DNA from: Thermoplasmata archaeon | Lineage (GTDB): Archaea; Thermoplasmatota; Thermoplasmata; Lutacidiplasmatales; UBA184 | Assembly (NCBI GenBank): GCA_028864975.1 | Contig: JAGWLG010000002.1 | Coordinates: forward strand, 64,001-128,000 | DNA: 64,000 nt | Direction of reading: 5' to 3' | Part shown: piece by piece, positions 46,278 through 55,319 of the stretch | Numbering within the stretch: position 1 is the stretch's first letter | Layout: every line of letters begins with the position of its first letter | Position numbers and translations under genes: made by a program | The notes under the pieces: generated by a model | The model's database searches: none | What the model was told of the DNA's origin: nothing | What the model saw: only the letters and a program-made list of their open reading frames with translations

Positions 46278-46999
46278 AGCTCGTTCTGCACCCCGAGCGC
46301 CCTTCCACACCCTCGGCATCGCAGTGCCGACAGAGCGTTATCCCACCCGCAACTCGTGCAGCTGACCGAGATCGCGCCGATGGGGGGCGGGGGGGCACCC
46401 CCGCCCGGCCTTCCGTCGGACGTGCCCCCTCCAAGCGGGCCAGGGAACGTGAGCGGGGGAAGCCTCCGCTGGGCCTCCCGGACCCCCAGGTAGACCTGGA
46501 GAGGTCCCACCAAGAGCGGCAACAGCGTCAACGCGGCACCCATCCGGATCCTCTCGCTGCTGAACCGAACGCCCGCGCGATAGACCCCGACCAGGGTCGC
46601 GGCGTAGCCGGCCAAGAGCACCACCCCTCCCACGAGAAGGGCGCTGGGGGTCGTCCAAAGGATGAGGCCGGTGAGCGCGAGACCGACCACCGAAAGGGGA
46701 GCATAGGCCCAGGGGACCTGGAAGGACGGCTTGTCGAGCTTTCGCAACACGTCGAGGGCGAGGTAGTAGGCGAGGAGGGAGGCAAGGTAGGCGAGGATGG
46801 AGGTGATGGCGACCGAGGTGGAGACGGTGAGGAGACCTGCGGGGCCCCCCAGGAGGGTGACCAGGGAACCGAGGCTCGAGATGAACAGGGACGTGAACGC
46901 GACGAAGAGGAGAACCATCGCCTGGGAAGCCAGGGAGAAGGTCGCCCCCCACCGAAGGAAGTGGAGGGCATCCGTGTCCAGTGGCCGGGTGCTCCACAT
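46274..46999 (-). CDS. Multi-TM membrane protein with a C-terminal zinc ribbon
   Basis: About 5 hydrophobic segments; CTSC...CRGC at the C-terminus. Confidence 0.75.
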   Translation of the reverse strand: MWSTRPLDTDALHFLRWGATFSLASQAMVLLFVAFTSLFISSLGSLVTLLGGPAGLLTVSTSVAITSILAYLASLLAYYLALDVLRKLDKPSFQVPWAYAPLSVVGLALTGLILWTTPSALLVGGVVLLAGYAATLVGVYRAGVRFSSERIRMGAALTLLPLLVGPLQVYLGVREAQRRLPPLTFPGPLGGGTSDGRPGGGAPPPPIGAISVSCTSCGWDNALSALRCRGCGRALGVQNEL

Positions 47000-47029
47000 T
47001 CCGGACGCATGGGGGGTCGATGGCTATTG

Positions 47030-47320
47030 GACCTTCCGAAGGAGGGAGGGGGGAAGCGTTCCCCAGCCTTTCGGCCCACCAAGAACGCGCCCTAAGGCGC
47101 TGGGAAGGGGAAGGCTCGGGTGGGGTAGGCTCTTGGTCTCGCGGACGGTGCCACCGGAGACGCTACCCCACCTGAGCCCGAGGCCAAATGTACAATGCCG
47201 TCGCCGTCCTAAATAGCTAACTCCGAACCTCGGAACACGTGAAATGTGCTGGGGGAGGGGTCCGCGAACTTCCCACCCCCCTAGCTTCCGAACTGAAACC
47301 ACCAAGAACCTGAGCGCTTG
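47030..47320. ncRNA. Candidate structured non-coding RNA / leader (unclassified)
   Basis: 16-bp stem 47113-47128/47163-47178 (one G-U on +); several other hairpins; CCACCAAGAAC repeated at 47076 and 47299; no convincing long ORF. Confidence 0.35.
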
Positions 47321-47356
47321 AAGACCGTTCGAGCGGAGGGGGGGAGGACCGCCAAC

Positions 47357-48781
47357 GTGAGGGCGACCCGACGACAGGGGGGCCACCGGCCCGCCATCCG
47401 TAGCTCCGCACGGCCGGCCACGACCGCTCTTGGCGGGAGGGCGGGGGGACCGCTTCGCGCCCCACATGGCCTCCCGTTGGAGGTCTCGTCCGAGGTCCTC
47501 GCCCAGGTCGATCACGATGCCTCGGGGGCGCGTGGCCGTCCATCCGCCCGGGTCTGCCCCAAGACCGAGAGGGACGTCGTGGCCTTGGTCCGGTGGGCAC
47601 GCCGCCACCACATCCCCCTGGTCCCGCGGGGAGCGGGAACCTCGCTCGACGGAGAGAGCGTCCCACGGCGCGGCGCGGTCGTCGTCGACCTCTCGCGGAT
47701 GGACCGGATCCTTGAGGTCCGCGAGGAGGACCTCTGGGCCCGCGTCGAACCCGGACTGGTCAACTACCGACTGCAAGAGGCGCTGCGCCCGAAGGGGCTG
47801 TTCTACCCCCCCAATCCCGGGAGCTGGGAGTCTTCCACCATTGGGGGGAACGCCTCGACCAACGCTTCCGGGTTCCGCTCCTTCCGCTACGGCCCCACAC
47901 GAGCGTGGGTGATCCGTGCCCGGGCGGTCCTCGGCACGGGGGAGGTCGTCCAGGTGGGCACGCTCTCCGCGAAGCGTTCCGCCGGACCGGACCTCCTCAC
48001 TTCGCTCTTGGGCAGCGAGGGGACCTTCGCGATCTTCACCGAGCTGACGCTCCGACTGGTCCCGACCCCGGCTCGCCGTGTGGGGCTCCTCGCCCAGGTC
48101 CCCGAGGGGGTCTCGCTCGGGCATTTGGCGCAAGGCCTCCAGTGGGCCCGACGGGAAGGTCTCTCGGCCGTGGAATGGGTGGATGCACGGGTCGGGGCGG
48201 CGCTCCTGCGAGGCACCGGACTTCCGCTTCGGGAGGGTCGCGGAGCGCTCCTGCTGGAGGTCGAGGTCCCGCGGGAGATCGCGGACACCGTCCTCGAGCG
48301 ATGGTCGGTCGCGCTCAAGGGCTTGGGGCTGCCAGAAGAGGTGGGGTTGTTCGAGGACGCGGACCAGCTGTGGAAGGCTCGCGGGAAGGCGGGAACCCTC
48401 CTCGACAAGGAGGTGGGGGAGAGGGTCCGGGAGGACGTGGCCGTCCCGCTCTCCTCCTGGGACCGACTGATCGAAGGGGTCCAAGAGCTCGCACAACGCC
48501 ACGAGGTCGGGTTGCTCATGTACGCCCATCTGGGGGAGGGCAGCCTCCATCCGAACTTCATAGTCGACCCCGTCTCCCCCCTCGCGCGACGCCTCCGGCG
48601 CGAGCTCTGGGAGCTCGCTTGGTCCCTGGACGGCACCGCGAGCTCCGAACACGGGCTCGGGTCGCTCAAGGCCGGAGCGTTCGTGCGTGAGCACGGGCCC
48701 GCGGCCGTGCGGGCGCTGCGCGCCCTGAAGCAGAGCTGCGACCCCGACGGGATCCTGAACCCCGGGAAGTTCTGGGGCTGA
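47357..48781 (+). CDS. FAD-linked oxidase, GlcD/D-lactate dehydrogenase family
   Basis: LVPRGAGTSLDG, VVVDLSRMDRI, YPPNPGS...TIGGNASTNASG, GSEGTFAIFTE, HLGEGSLHPN, SSEHGLG, DPDGILNPGK; start uncertain (GTG 47357 with SD). Confidence 0.92.
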   Translation: MRATRRQGGHRPAIRSSARPATTALGGRAGGPLRAPHGLPLEVSSEVLAQVDHDASGARGRPSARVCPKTERDVVALVRWARRHHIPLVPRGAGTSLDGESVPRRGAVVVDLSRMDRILEVREEDLWARVEPGLVNYRLQEALRPKGLFYPPNPGSWESSTIGGNASTNASGFRSFRYGPTRAWVIRARAVLGTGEVVQVGTLSAKRSAGPDLLTSLLGSEGTFAIFTELTLRLVPTPARRVGLLAQVPEGVSLGHLAQGLQWARREGLSAVEWVDARVGAALLRGTGLPLREGRGALLLEVEVPREIADTVLERWSVALKGLGLPEEVGLFEDADQLWKARGKAGTLLDKEVGERVREDVAVPLSSWDRLIEGVQELAQRHEVGLLMYAHLGEGSLHPNFIVDPVSPLARRLRRELWELAWSLDGTASSEHGLGSLKAGAFVREHGPAAVRALRALKQSCDPDGILNPGKFWG

Positions 48782-49862
48782 CCCACACGAGCATCTTGCA
48801 GGTCGCCGTCGGGAGGGGAAGGGCGGGGAGCTCACGCGCCGTGACCCAGCGCAAGGTTCGCTCGACTCCCAGGGGGTGGCCGGTTCCCTTCGTCCCGGCG
48901 AGCCGAAAGACGTGGAGGGTCGCGTGGAAATGGCTGTAGTCATGTTCGACATCGCCCAAGTGCTCGACCACGCTCGTGCGCAGGCCGGCCTCCTCTCGGA
49001 ACTCTCGGATGATGGCGGCCTCCGCGGACTCTCCCGGCTTCAGCTTGCCCCCCGGGAACTCCCAAAGGCCGCCGAGCAACCCGCCGGGAGGCCGCTGACC
49101 CACGAGCCATCGTCCCTCGCGCTCGAGGAGACCCACCGCGGCCTCCACGCGAGGGCGGACGGGTCGGGGCCGGCGCGGCGGGAAGGCCCCGGGATCGGGG
49201 AGCTCTTGACGTGCCGCGCACCGACGGGCGAGCGGACACGCGCCGCAGCGAGGGGAGCGCGCCGTGCAGTAGCGCTGCCCGAGCTCCATCAACGCCTCGT
49301 TGAACGCGCGCGGTGGGTGGCCACCTAGGGCCTGCCGCCCGAGGGCCTCGGCCCTGGGGGCGGTCTTCCCCCCCGAGGGGTCGATCAGGAACAATCGCGC
49401 GAGGACGCGCAGGGCGTTCGCATCCAACGCGACCACCGGGACACCGAAGGCGATCGCGGCCACGGCCCGGGACGTGTAGGGCCCGAAACCTGGGAGCTGC
49501 TCCATCTCCTCGACCTCGGAGGGGAGCTTCCCTTGGCGCCGGTGGATGAGGAACTGTGCGGCCTCGTGCAGTCGATGGGCACGCGCGTAGTATCCCGCCC
49601 CTTCCCACACCTTCAGAACCTCCTCGCGGCGGGCCTGGGCGAGCTCCTCGATCGTCGGAAAGGCGGCGAGGAAGCGCCCGTAGTACGGACGCGCCTGCTC
49701 GACCCGCGTCTGCTGGAGAAGCACTTCGGCGACCCAGATCCGATACGGGTCCCGGGTTCGACGCCACGGAAGGTCGAGGGCCTCTCGTTCGAACCATGCG
49801 ACTAGCCTGTCGCCGACCTCCCGGACCCCCCGGGCCCACCGAGCGCTCTTCGGTCGCTTCAC
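48666..49862 (-). CDS. mutY: A/G-specific adenine glycosylase with C-terminal NUDIX domain
   Basis: LPWR...DPYRIWVAEVLLQQT, HhH LPGFGPYTSRAVAAIAF, LDANALRVL, CTARSPRCGACPLARRC [4Fe-4S], LWEFPGGK...E...REFREE; start uncertain. Confidence 0.94.
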   Translation of the reverse strand: MKRPKSARWARGVREVGDRLVAWFEREALDLPWRRTRDPYRIWVAEVLLQQTRVEQARPYYGRFLAAFPTIEELAQARREEVLKVWEGAGYYARAHRLHEAAQFLIHRRQGKLPSEVEEMEQLPGFGPYTSRAVAAIAFGVPVVALDANALRVLARLFLIDPSGGKTAPRAEALGRQALGGHPPRAFNEALMELGQRYCTARSPRCGACPLARRCAARQELPDPGAFPPRRPRPVRPRVEAAVGLLEREGRWLVGQRPPGGLLGGLWEFPGGKLKPGESAEAAIIREFREEAGLRTSVVEHLGDVEHDYSHFHATLHVFRLAGTKGTGHPLGVERTLRWVTARELPALPLPTATCKMLVWVSPRTSRGSGSRRGRSSASGRAAPARPRARAHARTLRP

Positions 49863-49925
49863 CCCCCGGCACGGGACCGTCAAGGTTCATGAGGTGCTAG
49901 TTCCGTGGGCGTACAGGGTGGGAGC

Positions 49926-50285
49926 ATGACCGCGAAGGACGAAGGGTCGGGACAGGGGGACTTGGCTAAGGTCACCGACGCGACGTTCGACGAGAAGGTC
50001 CTCCAGTCGCCGGTCCCGGTGGTCGTGGACTTCTACGCGGACTGGTGCGGCCCGTGCCGCCAGGCGGAGCCGTTACTCTCCCGTCTCTCCACGACCCTGC
50101 AGGGAAAGGTCCGGTTCGCACGTCTCAACGTGGACGAGAACGAGCAAACGGCGGAAAGCTACGGGGTCTATTCCATCCCCACGTTCATCTTCGTCGAGCG
50201 AGGTACCGAACGCGGGCGCCAGGTGGGACTCCTCGCGGAGAACGAGTTCCGCACGATCCTGAAGAAGTACTTCTCCTCGGTCTGA
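49926..50285 (+). CDS. trxA: Thioredoxin
   Basis: VVVDFYADWCGPC, LNVDEN, VYSIPT. Confidence 0.95.
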   Translation: MTAKDEGSGQGDLAKVTDATFDEKVLQSPVPVVVDFYADWCGPCRQAEPLLSRLSTTLQGKVRFARLNVDENEQTAESYGVYSIPTFIFVERGTERGRQVGLLAENEFRTILKKYFSSV

Positions 50286-50329
50286 CCTCCCCCGATCGTG
50301 AGGCCGGAAACCCTGCCGAGGCCGTGCTG

Positions 50330-52045
50330 ATGGAGGGCTCCGCCACGGTGGCCCCGCTCGGGCCCCCCCGCGAAGACCCGCCGGTCAAGCAGGACGGGGT
50401 CGCGGTCGTTCTCGGAGCCGGAAGCCCCTGGGGGGGCGTGCTCGCGGAAGCCCTCGCGCGCGAGAACTTCCTCCCCGTGCTCGTCGATGCGGCGGGAGAG
50501 GGCCTTGGGGCCGCTCGCGAACGCGTGCTCAGAACCGGGGCCAGCGCGGAAACGGTCTCCGCGGACCTTCGCGACCTGGAAGTTGTCCTGGCCCTGGGAC
50601 GGAAGTTGCCGACGGGACTCGGGACCCCCACGCTCTTGGTTCATGCGCTCCCCCCTCCCATCACCGGTCCCTTCCACGAACGCCGCTTTCCGGAGGTGGT
50701 CGAGGAGGTGCACCGTGGTTACTCCTCGCTGGTCGTGCTCGCGCGCGACCTGCTGCCGGCGATGATCGAGCGGCGGGAGGGCCGGATCATTGTCCTCGGG
50801 TCCGCAGCGGCCCGGGCGCCGCTCGCCAAGGCGGCGGTGCACTCGGCCCTCGCTGCCGCGCTCCCTGCGTTCCTGACGGCCCTGGACCGCGAGGTCCACC
50901 GGCAGGGCGTGCGGATCTCCTACCTGGAACCGGCCGGTTACCCCTCCCCACCCCTTCCGGCGGAGACGGCGACGGGGGAGGGGCTTCCGAACGAAGCGCA
51001 CCGACGCTTCCTCGTAAGCGACGCCGCCGTCGCGCGCGCTTTCCTTTCCACCCTCCGCTCGCCCTCGGTCCGACACCGGTCGTTCCACGGGCACGGACGC
51101 GCCCCGCCCTCACCGACGGTCCTCCGGCGCTACGTGGAACGCGAGCTCCACGGCCGCCACCCCGAGGAGCCGAGGGAGCGATGGGCACCCGTCGTCGTTT
51201 CCCCAGAGTCGCTGCGAGGCAGGACCGCCGTGGTCACGGGTTCTTCACGAGGCATCGGGCGCGCGATCGCGCTCCGTCTCGCTCAACATGGAATGAAAGT
51301 GGTCCTCACCGGTCGCGACAAGGGGGCTCTGGAGAAGGTCGCCAAGGAGGTCCACTCCCTGGGCGGGGGGGCCCACCCGTGGGTCCAGGACCTTCAGGAA
51401 CGCGGGGCCGCCGAGAAGCTGTTCCGTTTCACGATGGAGGCCGGGGGAGCTCCCTACCTCCTGGTCAACAATGCAGGCCTGGGCTTCTTCCGTCGCCTGG
51501 TCCGTCAGGACGATGCACAGCTCCGCACCCAGATCGAGGTCGACCTGCTCGCCGTCCTGGCCCTGAGCCACGCTTTCCTCCCCGCGATGCTCGAAGGAGG
51601 ATCGGGGCACCTCGTCGCCGTGGGGAGCCTATCGGCCGAGGCTCCCTTCCCTCGGCTCGCCCCCTACTCGGGGATCAAGGGGGCCGTGAAGGGCTTCTCC
51701 CTCGCCCTAGGGCGGGAGGTCGGCCATCGTGGCCTCAACTTCAGCGTGCTGGAGCCGACCACCGTGGACACCGACTTCATCGGGAGGGCTGGGGAGCCCG
51801 GGCGCCGCGACATGCGCGAGCGAGGGAGCCTCCGCCGGGTGATGATCGGTCCAGACGAGGTGGGGAGGGTCGCCGAACGGACCCTCCTGAGGCCTCGGCC
51901 GGTGGTGGTGGTCCCTCCTCGGATCCGACCGCTCATCTGGTTCTACCGCGGGCTGCTCCCCATCTCGGACCGGCTCCTCCGGCTCCCCCCGCCCTCCGCG
52001 GGCGGACCGAAGGGGGAGCACGGGAAGGCCTCGACGGGAGCGTGA
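50330..52045 (+). CDS. Tandem SDR fusion: degenerate N-terminal SDR + intact C-terminal SDR
   Basis: Domain 2: VVTGSSRGIG, LVNNAG, YSGIK. Domain 1: VVLGAGSPWG, no NNAG (LVHAL), no YxxxK (HSALA). Confidence 0.85.
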   Translation: MEGSATVAPLGPPREDPPVKQDGVAVVLGAGSPWGGVLAEALARENFLPVLVDAAGEGLGAARERVLRTGASAETVSADLRDLEVVLALGRKLPTGLGTPTLLVHALPPPITGPFHERRFPEVVEEVHRGYSSLVVLARDLLPAMIERREGRIIVLGSAAARAPLAKAAVHSALAAALPAFLTALDREVHRQGVRISYLEPAGYPSPPLPAETATGEGLPNEAHRRFLVSDAAVARAFLSTLRSPSVRHRSFHGHGRAPPSPTVLRRYVERELHGRHPEEPRERWAPVVVSPESLRGRTAVVTGSSRGIGRAIALRLAQHGMKVVLTGRDKGALEKVAKEVHSLGGGAHPWVQDLQERGAAEKLFRFTMEAGGAPYLLVNNAGLGFFRRLVRQDDAQLRTQIEVDLLAVLALSHAFLPAMLEGGSGHLVAVGSLSAEAPFPRLAPYSGIKGAVKGFSLALGREVGHRGLNFSVLEPTTVDTDFIGRAGEPGRRDMRERGSLRRVMIGPDEVGRVAERTLLRPRPVVVVPPRIRPLIWFYRGLLPISDRLLRLPPPSAGGPKGEHGKASTGA

Positions 52046-52076
52046 GGCTCGTAGGGCGAGGACGCCAGGTCCTCGC

Positions 52077-53657
52077 TCAGTGGCGGAAGACCCGCCACCC
52101 GGTGAAGTACATGGCGATCCCGTGCCGGTCCGCCATCTCGATCACCTCGCGATCTCGGATGGAGCCTCCGGGTTGCAGGATGACCTTCACTCCCGCCTTG
52201 CCCGCCTCCTCGATGCCGTCGGCGAAGGGGAAGTAGGCGTCGGAGGCAAGGACCGACCCTTGCGCCCGGGGCCCCGCGACCTCGAGGGCGAGACGCACCG
52301 CGCCCACCCGACTGGTCTGGCCGCCCCCGATTCCGACGGTCTCCGAGCCGCGGGCAAGGACGACGGCGTTGCTCTTGGCGTGGCGGACCACGCGCCAGGC
52401 GAAGTCCGCGGTCCGGAGCTCCTGCGCCGAGGCTCGGCCCTTGGTGACGGGCCGGAGGTCCTCGGCCTTGAGCGTCCGCTGGTCGGAGGCCTGGAGCAGG
52501 ACCCTCCCCGTGGCGGTCCGCGCTTCCCACCTCGGGAGCTTCGGGTCGGGAGGGGCGACCTGGATGAGCTTGAGCTTCGGCCGCTTCGAGAGCCTCTCCT
52601 GGACCTGGGGGGGGAAGTCCGGCCCTGCCAGGAGGTCGATGAACGTCCCCTTCATCGCATCCACGGCCGCGACGTTGAGCGGCGCGTTGACCGCGATCCC
52701 GCACCCGTAGCGAGCCACCGGGTCCGTGGCGAGGGCCCGTGCGCAGGCGTCCTCGATGGTGGGGGCGCTCGCCGCCCCGCAAGGGGTCGCGTGCTTGACG
52801 ACGACCGCTGCAGGTCGGTCCAACTCGCTCACGAGCGCGAGGCTTCGTTCCAGGTCGAGGTAGTTGTTGTAGGAGAGGGCCTCCCCTTTGAGGACCTCGA
52901 TCGGCCAGGGTCGAAGCAAGGTCCCCGGAGGGCCCGCGACCGCCATGACCTGGGAGGGTTGGTGGGGGTTCTCCCCGTATCGAAGGGTCTCGCCCGTCGG
53001 GGTGAGAGCGATGAAGGCCGAAGAGATCCGGGCCGCCTCCGGAGCGGCCGATCCGTTCGAGAGCCAGGAGGTGACCGCTATGTCGTGGAGCGCGGTGGTC
53101 CGGAACGACTTCGCGGCGAGCCGTGCCCGGGTCGCGAGGGAGATCCCTCCACGTGCCGAGAGTTCCTCGAGGAGGGACTCGGTGTCGCCGGGGTCCGAGA
53201 ACGGGACCACCCATCGGTGGTTCTTCGCGGCCGCCCTCAGGAGCGAGGGCCCGCCCACGTCGATCCACTCGAGGAGCGTCTCGGGAGGAAGGGTCCCCTT
53301 CGCCAGTTCCGATTCGAACGGGTAGAACAGGACGGCGACCAGGTCGAAGGGCAGGACCTTCCGCTGCTCAAGCTCCTTTACACCCTCCGCGGTCCGCGGA
53401 GCAAGGATCCCACCGAAGAGCGCGGGGTGCAGGGTGGCGACACGGTGCTCGAACCAACTTGAGATCCCGGTGATCTCTTCGGTGGGGTGGACCTGAAGTC
53501 CCTCGGCGGAGAGCCGTTTCTGGGTCCCGGAGCTCCCCCAAAGCTCGACCCCCTGGGACGCGAGCCCCTGGGCGAGCGGGAGCAGCGCGAGCGGGTCGAA
53601 GGCGGAGAGCAGAGCGCGACGCGGGACCACGAGCGCGTCTTCGGTGTCGGACCCCAA
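52077..53657 (-). CDS. purH: Bifunctional AICAR transformylase/IMP cyclohydrolase (bacterial-type PurH)
   Basis: RV.TLHP, YPF, IDVGG.SLLRAAAKN, LRYGENPHQ, LSYNNYLD, VKHATPCG, KSNA, ASDAYFPF, QPGGS.RD, RVFRH. Confidence 0.94.
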   Translation of the reverse strand: MGSDTEDALVVPRRALLSAFDPLALLPLAQGLASQGVELWGSSGTQKRLSAEGLQVHPTEEITGISSWFEHRVATLHPALFGGILAPRTAEGVKELEQRKVLPFDLVAVLFYPFESELAKGTLPPETLLEWIDVGGPSLLRAAAKNHRWVVPFSDPGDTESLLEELSARGGISLATRARLAAKSFRTTALHDIAVTSWLSNGSAAPEAARISSAFIALTPTGETLRYGENPHQPSQVMAVAGPPGTLLRPWPIEVLKGEALSYNNYLDLERSLALVSELDRPAAVVVKHATPCGAASAPTIEDACARALATDPVARYGCGIAVNAPLNVAAVDAMKGTFIDLLAGPDFPPQVQERLSKRPKLKLIQVAPPDPKLPRWEARTATGRVLLQASDQRTLKAEDLRPVTKGRASAQELRTADFAWRVVRHAKSNAVVLARGSETVGIGGGQTSRVGAVRLALEVAGPRAQGSVLASDAYFPFADGIEEAGKAGVKVILQPGGSIRDREVIEMADRHGIAMYFTGWRVFRH

Positions 53658-53699
53658 CGCCTCTTACCCCGACGTAAGTCGTACCCGGGGGAATAAAAT

Positions 53700-54164
53700 C
53701 TACGGAAGGGGCTTCAGCCCGCCTTTCGCTCTCCAGGCCGTGGGTCGGAGGTGGGGACCCGCGAGCCAGCGTTTCGCGTCCTTGAGGGTGCCCCAGGTAC
53801 GGCACGTTCTCACGGCGAGCCCGCGCCCCAGGGCCCCCGAAGGTCCCGTCAGCGGACCGTTCCACGCCGCCCGCGCCGCAGGTAGGTCCTCGTGCGCGAC
53901 TTCGACGATCGCGCGGGAACGCTCGGTGCGAATGACGCGGACCCAAGGAAGGGGAGCGGAAGGGGGACGGCGGGCCCCTCCCCCGAATCGAAGTGCCAGA
54001 AGACGGGCGAGCTCTCGAGTGGAGGGGGGTTCTCCCCCCTCCACCTCGATCCCGACATAGCGGGAACGGGTTGGACGTGGCGAAGCGGGCGGTGCACGCG
54101 AGGGGTCGCGATCAGCTGACCTGGTCGATGCCCCCGGAGGTCTCGCCCTGGGCGTAGCCACCAC
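53700..54164 (-). CDS. rnp2: Rpp14/Pop5-family RNase P protein component
   Basis: RYVGIEV...AIVEVAH...VRTCRTWGTLKDAK matches the Pop5 pattern; start uncertain (overlaps the ftsZ 3' end). Confidence 0.65.
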   Translation of the reverse strand: MVATPRARPPGASTRSADRDPSRAPPASPRPTRSRYVGIEVEGGEPPSTRELARLLALRFGGGARRPPSAPLPWVRVIRTERSRAIVEVAHEDLPAARAAWNGPLTGPSGALGRGLAVRTCRTWGTLKDAKRWLAGPHLRPTAWRAKGGLKPLP

Positions 54165-55254
54165 GGTTCCCCAGCAGGCTCGCGGCCTTCACGCCCGTGA
54201 TGATGAGGAGCACCTTGATGGTGTTCTCCAGCTCGGGCGAGGTGTCGATCGTGCATCCCCAGATGATCCTGGCGCGCTTGGAGATCTTGGAGCCTACGAG
54301 GGCCGCCGCCTTCTCCGCCTCGCTCACGGTCATGCTGGGTCCGCCGACGACGCGGACCAGGGCGCCGGTCGCGTCCTTGAGGTCGACATCGCCCAGGAGC
54401 GGCGAGGTGAGGGCCTCGGTGACCGCCTCGGTCACCCGGTCCGTCGCGCTCTCGCTCTCCCCGAGCCCGATCAACGCGACCCCGCCATCCTTCATGATGG
54501 TCAGGAGGTCCGCGTAGTCCAGGTTCACGAGGCCGGGCCGGGTCACGATCTCCGTGATCCCCTTGATGGCGGTCATCAGGACCGCGTCGGCGAGCTTGAA
54601 CGCCGCGTCCAAGGGCATCCGGGGGACGAGCTCCAAGAGCTTGTCGTTCTGGATGACGATGGTCGTGTCGCACACCCGGCGCAGGCGCTCGAGCCCGTCG
54701 CGGGCCTGCTCCATCCGGACCGCGCCTTCGGCCGAGAACGGCAGGGTCGTGACCCCCATGGTGAGGGCCCCCAGCTCCTTCGAGATGCGGCCGACCACGT
54801 GGGCCGAGCCCGTCCCCGTCCCTCCGCCCATTCCGGCGGTGACGAAGACGATGTGGGCCCCCTGCAGGAAGTTGCGGAGGTCCTCCTCGTTCTCGCGAGC
54901 GGCCTCCTCTCCCACCTCGGGTCGGGCCCCGGCGCCCAGGCCCTTCGTGGCCCGGCGGCCGATCAAGACCTTGCGGGGGGCATGGATGGTCAAGAGGTGC
55001 TTGGCATCCGTGTTGATGGCGCACATCTCCGCGCCCTGGATACCTTCCTCGACACAGCGGTTGATGGTGTTCGACCCACCGCCGCCGCAGCCGACGATGC
55101 GGATGTTGACCTTGAGCTGCTCGGCGAGCTTGGCAAGCTCCTCGTCGTCCGCGCTCACGGGGGTATGCGCCGGAGAGGGGCTCGCCGCCTGTCGCTCTTC
55201 GTTGGCCTTCGTTTCTTGGTGCTTCGCAATCGCTTCTTGGATGATGGACTTCAT
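54112..55254 (-). CDS. ftsZ: Cell division protein FtsZ
   Basis: IVGCGGGGSNTI, AINTDA, TKGLGAG, AGMGGGTGTG, TLPF..EG, IQNDKL, VNLDYAD. Confidence 0.98.
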   Translation of the reverse strand: MKSIIQEAIAKHQETKANEERQAASPSPAHTPVSADDEELAKLAEQLKVNIRIVGCGGGGSNTINRCVEEGIQGAEMCAINTDAKHLLTIHAPRKVLIGRRATKGLGAGARPEVGEEAARENEEDLRNFLQGAHIVFVTAGMGGGTGTGSAHVVGRISKELGALTMGVTTLPFSAEGAVRMEQARDGLERLRRVCDTTIVIQNDKLLELVPRMPLDAAFKLADAVLMTAIKGITEIVTRPGLVNLDYADLLTIMKDGGVALIGLGESESATDRVTEAVTEALTSPLLGDVDLKDATGALVRVVGGPSMTVSEAEKAAALVGSKISKRARIIWGCTIDTSPELENTIKVLLIITGVKAASLLGNRGGYAQGETSGGIDQVS

Positions 55255-55319
55255 GCTCTCGCCCCGATTGGATTTGTCTGCCGAGCGTCAGACGCTCGCG
55301 CAGACTATTCCCAGGTTCT

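Noticed and set aside
47030-47340. Possible RNase P RNA, tmRNA or known ribozyme
   Set aside because: Canonical RNase P CR-I (GAGGAAAGUCC), CR-IV and CR-V, tmRNA tRNA-like ends and hammerhead/pistol cores could not be placed in the right order; kept only as an unclassified candidate.
48666-48781. 116-bp convergent overlap of mutY and the glcD-like gene as an antisense regulator
   Set aside because: The mutY tail in the overlap is low-complexity Arg/Ala; most simply a drifted stop codon in a GC-rich genome.
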